Assembly: GCA_013265495.1 (NCBI GenBank)
Contig: MU058540.1
Span: 2,381,696-2,445,695 of the forward strand
From: Vicugna vicugna
Lineage: Eukaryota
Reading direction: 5' to 3'
Length of the DNA: 64,000 nt
In this document: positions 54,283-64,000 of the stretch, one piece after another
Layout: every line of letters starts with the position of its first letter
Numbering within the stretch: the first letter of the stretch is position 1
Notes under the pieces: model-generated
The model's database searches: none
Told to the model about the DNA's origin: nothing
What the model saw: only the letters and a program-made list of their open reading frames with translations
Position numbers and translations under genes: made by a program

Positions 54283-55577
54283 TGTATTCGTTTGCTAGGG
54301 CTGCTGTAACAAATCACCACAAACTGGGTGGCTTAAAATAACAGAAATTTATTCCTACCGTTCTGGATGCTGGAAGTCTGAAATAAAGGTGTTGGCAGGG
54401 CCATGTTCCCTCTTAAGATTCTAGGGAAGAATCCCTCCTGGTCTCTCTTTTTTTAATTGAAGTATAGTTGATTTACAATGTAGTGCTAGTTTCTGGTGTA
54501 CAGCACAGTGATTCAGCTTTATAGGTTTCTACTACAGGTTATTATAAGCTATTGAATATAGTTCACTGTGTTATACGGTAGGACCTAGTTGTTCATCTGT
54601 TTTGTCTATGGTAGTTTGTGCTAATCCCAAACTCCTAATTTATCTCTCCCCTACCCTATTCTATTTTCTAAATGAGTTCATTTGTGTCATGTTTTTAGAT
54701 TCCACATATAAGTGATATATGGTATTTGTCTTTCTCTGTCTGACTTCACTTAGTATAATAATCTCTAGGTTCATCCATGTTCCTGCAAATGGCATTATTT
54801 CATTCTTTTTTATGGCTGAGTAGTATTCCATTGTATAAATATACCACAACTTCTTTATCCAGCCATCTGTAGATGGACATTTAAGTTGCTTCCATGTCTT
54901 AGCTATTGTACATAGTGCTGCTATGAACACTGGGGTGCATGTATCTTTTCAAATTAAGAGTTTCCTCCAGATACATACCCAGGAGTGGAATTGCTGGACC
55001 ATATGGAAAGTCTATTTTTAGTTTTTAAAGGAATCTTCATACTGTTTTCCATAGTGGCTGTACCAAATTTCATTCCCACCAACAGTGTAGGATGGTTCCC
55101 TTTTCTTCACACCCTCTCCTGTATTTATCATTTGTGGATTTTTAAATGATGGCCATTCTGACCGGTTTGAGGTGATACCTCATTGTATTTTTGATTTGCA
55201 TTTCTCTGATAATTAATGATATTGAGCATCTTTTCATGTGCCTATTGGCCATCTGCATGTCTTCACTGGCGAAATGTCTGTTTAGGTCTTCTGCCACCTG
55301 ACCTCTTTTTAGCTTCTGGTGGCTCCTGCAATCTTTGGTGTTTTTTGGTTTATGGTTCCTTCACCCCAACCTTTGTCTCTGTCTTCACATGGCCAGCCTT
55401 TTCTGTGTGTATCTCTGTCTTATAAGAACATTAGTCACTGAATTTAGGTCCACCCTAATCCAGTATAATCTCAGTTCTTACTAATTACATCTGCAAGTAC
55501 CTTATTTTCAGGTAAAGTCACATTCTGGGGTTCTGGGTGGACGTATATGTTAAGGGCACACTATTCAACCCACTACA
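54283..55577 (-). mobile_element. MLT1 (MaLR) solo LTR split by an L1
   Basis: TG...CA ends, perfect 5-bp TSD GATGG (54278-54282 and 55578-55582); MLT1 motif gggctgctgtaacaaatcaccacaaactgggtggcttaaa. Confidence 0.85.
54448..55296 (-). mobile_element. 5'-truncated L1 nested in the MLT1 LTR
   Basis: T-tract start; ORF2 C-terminal remnant MFIAALCTIAKTWKQLKCPSTDGWIKKLWYIYTMEYYSAIKKNE (54661-54930, minus). Confidence 0.9.
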
Positions 55578-55974
55578 GATGGCCATGAGGGAGGGGCCTT
55601 TTCCCAGGGCCTCTTTGTTGTGGAGCCAAATGGGTTTGACTGCTAAATTAAGGGAGTTGCAGAGAGAGCTGCAGCTGGTGAGACGCTGCATGCAGGTTAT
55701 TTTGGGTGAGTGATCAGCAATCAAGATATGAAACAACAGCAGGCTTGTTAACTGGGAGCTGCAGAAGGCAGAAATAGGCTTTTTCCAGGAAGACGGTTCT
55801 TCTCCTTCTCCTTTTGGGAATTGTACATCTCTCCTGAGGTTTAACCTGACAATGGATTGGATCCTTTGGTTTAGGTTTGAAAACTTTGGTAGAACAAATT
55901 CTTGTGCACAAGCAGTCAGGAGCCTGGCCTGGTTGTCCCTGCCCTGAGCACATGGTGGGTCTCAATCTTCCCTG

Positions 55975-56130
55975 TGCACCAGGCTCTGGTTAAAATGCAG
56001 ATTCCTGGCCCCACCCCTGAGATTCTGATTTAGCAGGTCTGGGGTTGAGACCCTAGAATGTTTGAATGAGGACCTCCCTCCTCACCTCAACACAAGCCCA
56101 GTGACTCTAATATCAGACCACATTTAGAAA
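55975..56130. mobile_element. MER5A-like hAT remnant
   Basis: ttaaaatgcagattcctggccccacccctgagattctgatttagcaggtctgggg. Confidence 0.7.
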
Positions 56131-56259
56131 AACATTTAGTGGACTTGAGTACCACTTAATTTGTCAAGAGGCCTAAATTAGAAACCTACAATGGGAGACT
56201 GAGGGGCTTCAGGTGAGCTTCACACTGTCATTTTAGAGACGTTAAAACTGAGGCTGTCA

Positions 56260-56590
56260 GAGCATTTTTAGGCCAGTGAAACTATTCTGAATGATGTAGT
56301 GGTGGATACATGACATTATGCATTTGTCAAAACTAGTGGAACTTACAACACAAAGAGTGAACCCTCAAGTAAACCATGGACTTTCTTTAATAATAATGTG
56401 CCAATATTGGTTCATCGATTTTAACAAATGTGCTATATTAATGCAAGGTGTTAATATTTAATATTAGGGGAACCATGAGGTGGAGGTAGGGAGGGAGAGA
56501 GTATATGGAAACTTCTGTACTACAGGCACAACTTTTCTATACACCTGCTCTAAAAAATAATGCCTATTTAAAAAAAGAAGAAAAAGAAAA
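56260..56590 (+). mobile_element. Old L1 3' end with A-rich tail
   Basis: gtgaaactattctg...tggatacatgacattatgcatttgtcaaaac...agagtgaaccct; A tail at ~56570-56590. Confidence 0.7.
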
Positions 56591-57771
56591 AGCTTGAGGC
56601 CCCACAGAGACATGGCAGACACCAACAGTTACAAAGTGGTGAAGTCAGGATTGGAACCAGAGCAGCCTCTGTGCCGAAGGCTCTCAACCCAAACTTGGAT
56701 TCAAGGATTGCCTTCCCACACTTCTAGCTGGTCTCTCTGAGCTCACCTGGGGCAGGGCTAGACTGGTATGAAATGGGGGCAGCGCTGCTCCCAGTGAGGA
56801 GCAGCACACAGGAGGGTAGAGATGGAGGAAATGCCCACAAAAGAGAGGCATGGCTATCAGAGCCTGAGAGGCTAGAGGCTCCGTTAAAAGAGGGCTTGGC
56901 TCAACTTTCACCTGGAGCATTGAAATAGCTTTTGCTCTCCAGGACAGTGTGGGTGTCCCTGAGCCGTGCTACAGACAGAGCTGGGGAGGGAGGAATCCCT
57001 CTGTGACTCTTCTCCCCACACTTGGCTTTTCTGTCCTTAAATTCAGCTGAAACTATTCTCTAAGAAACAATGCTGGGTGCTCCCCTCCCTTTATTCTACA
57101 GTGAGCTCAGTCTTCTGTCCTCATTATCCCTAAACCACCCTGTGATTTAAGGTAAGAGTGGTGCCTGGTAGGATTCTCACCTGGTTCCTCCTGTGGGGCC
57201 CTGTGCTCAGCTGGGCAGCTGCCCTCACACTGGGCCAGAGTGTCAACAAGGCCCCCCTGGGCTATGGGCTCCTGAAATTTTTGGTGCCATGGATCTCTTC
57301 TCAAAATATTTTCTTATGCATTAAAAACAAAAACAAAAAACCAACATAGGATCACAAAGGAAGCTAGTTATGTTGAAATACAGTTGTGAAAATATTTAAG
57401 TGTGTGATGTTGCAATACATGGGTTTCTTTACTAACACATTAACAAGATCAAGGGGTGAGCCTAATAAACTACTGTGAACTTTAAGTAGAAATGAGCATA
57501 AACAATGTTTCAAGATATCTGCATCAACTGTGAAGGGAAATGAAAAGCCCTGCTTTCTACTGGCCCTGTGAATGCAACTGTAGTTTGCTGCCTTTATTCA
57601 TAACTGAGGAAATGGAGGCGAGTGGAAGTAAAGATGTAATATTTTCCAATTCAAGTTCATGGACTTTGAACTTAGACATTCCAGTGTACAGTCTATGGTT
57701 TATGGACCCCAGTTAAAAACCCTTGTCTCAGATACTAAAATGTGACCTTAGGGATCCTCTGCTACTTCTTC

Positions 57772-58060
57772 TTTTTTTTTTTTTTTACATTTTTTTATTG
57801 AGTTATAGTCATTTTACAATGTTGTGTCAAATTCCAGTGTAGAGCACAATTTTTCAGTTATACATGAATATATATATATTGTCACATTTTTTTCACTGTG
57901 AGTTACCATAAGATCTTGTATGTATTTCCCTGTGCTATACAATATAATCTTGTTTATCTATTCTACATTTTGAAATCCCAGTCTGTCCCTTCCCACCCTC
58001 AACCCCCTTGGCAACCACAAGTTTGTATTCTATGTCTATGAGTCTGTTTCTGTTTTGTAT

Positions 58061-58099
<39 letters not shown>

Positions 58100-58340
58100 T
58101 TTTTTTAGATTCCACATATGAGCGATCTCATATGGTATTTTTCTTTCTCTTTCTGGCTTACTTCACTTAGAATGACATTCTCCAGGAACATCCATGTTGC
58201 TGCAAATGGCGTTATGTTGTTGGTTTTTATGGCTGAATAGTATCCCATTGTATAAATATACCACATCTTCTTTATCCAGTCATCTGTTGATGGACATCTA
58301 GGCTGTTTCCATGTCTTGGCTATTGTAAATAGTGCTGCTA
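57772..58340 (-). mobile_element. Relatively young 5'-truncated L1 containing a (TTTA)n microsatellite (~58060-58101)
   Basis: Poly-T start; acatccatgttgctgcaaatggc...ggctattgtaaatagtgctgcta. Confidence 0.85.
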
Positions 58341-59184
58341 TCTCTTAACCAACCCTCACTGCACCATAAACTGTGCCCACATCCCCCACCTTGTATGATG
58401 ATAGAGACAGGTTGGAAATGCTCAGATCTGTACCTGGACACCTACAACATATATTACCCACCATTCCCCTGTGTTTCCCAACCTCGCTATCCAGGTAGGA
58501 ATAGGTCAAACTGGGGCATTTGCTAGGGAATTTGCTGAGGCTTCTATGTCTAGTTTTCAACTAGGTGGAATCCTCCCTTCCCTACTCCACAGTGTTACCT
58601 CTAAACCATTTTACCAATGAAGACATTTGGGCCCAGAGTAGAGACTGGGGTCCAAGCCTCCTATTTACCACCACACTGTTCTTCCCACTGCAACAGTGGC
58701 ATGATCACACACTGAGATCAATGTGTGCTTTTCTCCCAACATTACTGCCCCGTCCCCTCAACCACCACAGGCACAAAGGTAGCTGGGCCTTTGTGACAGG
58801 TTTGTGTTAACTGGCCAAGAGAAGAAACTTCCAGAAAGACATTTGTTTCTCTCAGTTTTCCCAAATGTCTCTTGAGAATATTTTGCCAGGACACTAGGAG
58901 AGAAAAAAGTTAGGAGAGGGGGAAGTGCATTTGAGAAGCTAGGTGGTTTCTCCTGACCAGAAGAAAGCAGAGGAACATTAGTGCCCACATTCTGTTGGGA
59001 CCGTGTCCAGCTGCCTGTCAACACTCCGGAAAAATTCAAGAAAAGGCTGCTGGGTACACTCAAGAAAACTGGACCCTAAGCACAGGGCTCCTGGTCTTGG
59101 CTGAAATTCTGTATCCTAAGTGTGTTCTGGGGCAGCAGAACCATGCACCTGAAAGAGCCCTGTGCACTGGGACAGTGGTCTTCT

Positions 59185-59700
59185 GTGACAGACACAGTTG
59201 GTTCCTACTCATCAGCCATTCTCCCTTCTTCCTTAAATAACCCAAATTTGTTCAGGCCACACCTTGCCTAGGAAGGTAGGTCTCTCTTGTAACTCAAGGT
59301 GGAGACCCATGACTGTTCTAAACCAAGTGAGCTCAAGCCAGTGATTGGTTTAGGACTCAGTATGACCAAGAGGACTTGGGAGAAGTCTGGAAGGAGATCC
59401 AAGCGGTCTGTACCTGATATCTGCCCTGAAGATGGTTTTGTGAGCACTGTAGCTGTGGCAGCCATTTGGTGACCATGAGGAAACAAACCTAAAGATAAAA
59501 AGTCCACACACGGAGGATGATAGAGTGTAAGGATGGAAAGATCCTGACTCCTTGGAGACATCAGGAAGCTGTGAAACCACTCTGGGGACCGCCTGCCTCC
59601 AGACTCCTTGTTATGTGAAATAACTAAATACTTTTACAGCTTAAGCCACTATTATTCAGGGTTTCCCCCAAGGATGGCCCTCACATTCTTAACTGATGCA
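59185..59700 (+). mobile_element. Old MLT1-type LTR
   Basis: cagccattctcccttcttcc...gtggcagccatt...gaccatgagg...cttgttatgtgaaataa...ttaagccact. Confidence 0.6.
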
Positions 59701-60419
59701 GCATCTCAGTGGTTTTAGGTATAGATTGATGATCAGGGAGGGGGATTTCTTCATATTGTGTGGTCCATAAGATCCCAGAACTTTTATGTAATTCCAAGGA
59801 GGAACCCTAGTAAAGACCCTTGCTGAATCTCCTCCAGCCAAGCAGGAGGAGCCTTGGTTTTAGAAACTCTGGTTTAGTCCAGCCCCTCCTTTTTATTCTC
59901 CATCAGTGGACTGGCACCTCTGCCTCACCCTGTTCTTTCCCTGTGTGGTATACTAAGGTAGTTAAGTGTTGGGCTCTGCAGGCACACTGCCTGCTGCTTT
60001 GCCACTCACCAGCCATGTGACCTTGGGTCTCAGTTTCCTTGTCTATAAAATGAGGATAGTAATAATAAAGAAATTAATATAAGGAAAGAACTGAGAACAG
60101 TGCCTGGCACATGGGAAGTGCTCACCAAGCATTAACTGTTATTTTAAATTATTTTCTCTACCACATCCTTTTCTCTCCTTGATTACCCAATCTTCCTGAC
60201 ATCTTCACTTCCTCTTCCTCAACAGCAGTTTTCTCCACTCACCTGGTCTCCTTCATGTTAAATCTCTTGATAAGTCCTCAAGGGATCTAGTCCCAGTCAC
60301 TTACATTACAGCTTATATTTCAACTCCAGTATCTGCAACTTCTCATGCAGGGTCTGGGAAGCAGCAGAGTGTGGAGTTGAGAATGTGGGCTTTGCATGCA
60401 AAAAGACATGGGGTTGAGA

Positions 60420-60775
60420 GAGGAGGAGGATAGGTTTAAGGAACTGGCTCGTGTGACTGGGTGGGGAGTGGTTGGAAGGTCTGAAATCTGTTGGGCAGGT
60501 GAGCAAGTTGGAAGTTCAGGCACAATTTCTATACATACTACATTCTTGAGGCAGATTCCTTCTTTCCTAAGAAACCTCAGTTTTTGCTCTTAAGGCCTTC
60601 AACTGACTGAATGAGAACTACTTTACAGAGGGTAATCTGCTTTATATAAAGTCAACTGATTGCAAATGTTAATCATATCTACAAAATTTCTTTCCAGCAT
60701 CACCTAGACTCATGGCTAATGATACAACTGGGCACACAGTCCCACCCAAGATGACACATAAAATTAACCATCACA
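60420..60775 (-). mobile_element. MLT2 (ERVL) LTR fragment
   Basis: taaggaactggctc...aaggccttcaactgactgaatgag...tgacacataaaattaaccatcaca. Confidence 0.75.
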
Positions 60776-61419
60776 CCGTGTGTTTGGAGTCAGGGTATTT
60801 ACTCCTCTAAGCCTCATTTTCTTTCTCTAAAACAGATGAATAGAAGAGCCTGGTGAGAGGTAATGCACACAAAGTGCACAGTAAATGCTAGCTGTTGTAC
60901 CAGGAGGTACCCCAAAACACATATTGACAACGACAATCCTCTTGGGAGTACCGGGAAGTACACACCATGGTGGCTGCTCTCAAGCTTGTGGCTGAGTTGT
61001 GGAGGAATCACACAAAACCCCGGAGGGGCACTGTGCTTATTCCCATCTGCTACTACCCAACAGACTGGCTCAGAACCTTCAGTTCATGTGAAAACTCCCA
61101 AAGAAATGAACCTTCGCTCTCTTTTTTATGGGGAGAGGAGCAAAGTTTCTCCATTGGGTTCTTCATCTTTGAGCCAGTGGAGGGCTTGGAGCAATATGTC
61201 AGAAAGAATTAAATTTCACTTTTTCAGCAGCCATTTCACATTTTGTGAGAACTGCATATTCATGTTGGTAAACAGCCAAGTAGGAACCAGATGATGGCTC
61301 AGTTTTCCTGGAAATCAGGAAATCAATCAAGCTGCCAAAATGAGATGACTGCATTGTGAAATACTGCTAACATTCCAGAAAGTTGTTTTAAGTAAGGAAT
61401 TTTGTAAAATGGAAATTCT

Positions 61420-61515
61420 CTCTCCCTATTTCTCTTTCTTCCTTCCTCCCTCCTATTCTCCCTCCCTCCCTTCCTCCCCTCCTTCCTTCCTTTCTTCCTT
61501 CTTTTCATTCCTTTT
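61420..61515. repeat. Polypyrimidine (CCTT/CCCT)n simple repeat
   Basis: Directly visible CT-rich tract. Confidence 0.8.
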
Positions 61516-61839
61516 TAAAGCCAGAGTTACCCACTGTTCAACTACTTCTAGTATGTTCAGCTTAGGCATGAGTTTTTAAAAACACGTAAGATGAGATACA
61601 GGTCTCTCTGCCTCTCTCTGAGACCTTTTCATTGTTCCAACTAATTGGCACCCTTCTCTGCCTATCCAGGAGTATGCTTGGCTTTGTCCACACCTATCTC
61701 TCCTGTTTCTCGTCCTTTTTTCACAGTGAAACCACGATTTCAGCCACCTCCTTCAGAATCAGGAATAAAATGATTCCAAAAATCCTTCTCTCTATCCAGT
61801 ATCAAGCTGTACCTTAAAATGTATTTATTTAAATATATA

Positions 61840-62590
61840 AAATAAACTTTTTATTTTAGAATCATTTTAGATTTACAGAAAAGCTGCAAAGACAGTACAG
61901 AAAATTTCCATGTACTCCACACCCAGTTTCTTTATTATTAATATCTTACAATAGTATGGTACATTTGTCATAACTAATAAATCAATGTTGATATATTTTT
62001 AACTAAAATTCATACTTTCAGATTTCCTTAGTTTTTATCTATTCTTTGCTATTTCAGGATCCCATCCAGGATGCCACATGTCTTCATAGGCTCCTCTTGT
62101 CTGGGACAGTTTCTCAGACTTTCCTTGTTTTCAGTAACTTCAACAATTTTGAAGAGTACTGGTCAGGTATTTTGTAAAATGTCTCTCACCTGGGGTTCGC
62201 CTGATGTTTCCTCATGATTAGAGTGGGATAATGTGTTTTGGGGATGAAGACCACAGGGGTAAAATGCCATTCCGACCACATTATATCAAGAGCATAACTA
62301 TCAAAATGATTTATAACTGTCAACGGTAACCTTGATTACCTAGGTGAGCTTGTGTTTGCCAGCTATCTCCACTATAAAGTTACTTTTTTCCCCTTTTCAT
62401 ACTATTCTCTTTGGAACCAAGTCACTAAGCACAGCCCTCACTGAAGGGAGGGCAGTTACACTGTACCTCTTGAGAAGGGTGTGTCTGCAAAAATTATTTA
62501 GAGTTCTTCTTATAAGAGATTTCTGCAGCAATTTATATCAGCATAACTAATGGATATTTATTTTATACTTTGAGTTATAATTTAATAAAT
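61840..62590 (-). mobile_element. Old L1 3' remnant
   Basis: ttttagatttacagaaaagctgcaaagacagtacag...ttccttgttttc...ggtcaggtattttgta. Confidence 0.7.
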
Positions 62591-64000
62591 AATGTTAATA
62601 AAATAAAAACAATAAATGATAAAAGGTTCGCCTTTGATTTAATTTGTAGATTTTCTTCCTCTTGTGTGGATTGAGCCCATATCCCTGAAAGGACCTGGAG
62701 ATAGTGCCCACAGTCAGAAAGAATCCACTCATCAATCTTGCAAACATACGGGGTCCTAGGGGTAGTGAGAAACACTTCACTTCTCCCATTTGGATGCTGG
62801 TCAATATGCAGAGTCCACTTTCGATAAGCATCCCGAAGGCCCTTCCCTGTCTGGTCTTTTTCCTTATTGATCCTCTCAGTCCTTTCCATCCCTATGTTCA
62901 CCTACCCCTGGCAAGGAATTTGAAGGACCTTCATTCTATTTGCATGAAATAATAAAGCTAAATACAACAAATAACATCCATAGGGATTATAGCTCTCCTC
63001 TTCCTGCACACTTCCTAGTGTACTGTTTTGGGTACTTTACATATATTATTTCTAATCTTCACACTAATGGCAAGGTAATTGTTATTCCCATTTTACAGAT
63101 GTGGAAACTGGGACATTGAGAGTTTAAAAAGTCCACCCAAGGTTTTCCTCCTACTATACAGTCTGCTCCTTCTCAGTAGTCTCCTTCACTAGCCTCTCTT
63201 CTTCTCACCCACCTCCTATGTGACTGCAGGCAAACCACTTTCCCCTGAGCCTCAGCTTCTTGTCTGGTGATACTGCTGGACGAATTCAATGAGATGCATA
63301 GAAAGTCCTCCTCATTGGTTTCAGTAAAAAGCATCTGTTATTACTGCTAATTTCATGAAGATTAAATTAATTTTAAAAACTATCTTTCTATTCTTCATTC
63401 CGTTTTCTACTTATGCTTGCTTCTTAATGGTCTCATCTATTCTCATGTCTTTAAATACCCATCTATGTCAAAAAGTACCAAATGTATATATCTACCTTGG
63501 ATCTTTCCTTTAAATTTCAGACAAGTCAACATCTTCACTTGAGTGTTCTAAGATACAAGTTGGAGGTTCTGCTTCCAGCAGTTTTGTATTATACTAGCCT
63601 GTATCATATTATAATAATTATAGACTCTGAACAAAACAAAAGAACACAATTATCTGAAGAAACTGAAGAAACAAAAAGCAGGAAGAAACTGGAGGGAAGT
63701 CAACCACTGATAGAAGGGAGGTACAGTGGATAAGATTTGTGATTAAAGGATTTTTGCCTGAAGGCACTACCCAGAACACGTAGCATAGGATGGCCAGAAT
63801 TCAAGTATAAGGTTGCTAGTCTTACTGGTTTGACAAGTCAGAGAATCAAGTTTAGAAAAAAAAAAAAAAACAACCCAAGAAAGTAAGAAGCCACAGAGAC
63901 TTCTTTAAAATGTGTATAAAATTTGACCAAATCCTTGGCTGACTCTCGACCTGTGCACGTGCAGGGGGTACTCCAAGGAGCCCAGCAGAAAACAGCCAGA

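Overview
Mammalian genomic DNA, probably camelid (inferred from a Vic-1-like tRNA-Ala-derived element; not verified by search). It carries the tandem p38 MAP kinase pair on the + strand. MAPK14 (p38-alpha) is partial: coding exons 4-12, both mutually exclusive 80-bp exons 9a/9b and a ~2.3-kb 3'UTR; exons 1-3 lie upstream of the window. MAPK13 (p38-delta) is complete: 12 coding exons, 366 aa, CpG-island promoter. Both genes have a minor-spliceosome (U12) intron 8. The rest is ordinary interspersed repeats (L1, L2, MIR, hAT/MER, MaLR/ERVL LTRs), assigned by eye with approximate boundaries. No clearly new biological system is demonstrable. The best leads are two unverified candidate exons with a U12 branch site and a U2 donor: a 63-bp poison-like exon in MAPK13 intron 8 and a stop-free 80-bp exon in MAPK14 intron 8. 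Also noted: a preserved Exip frame, a frameshifted Mxi2 tail and two atypical tailless retro-insertions.
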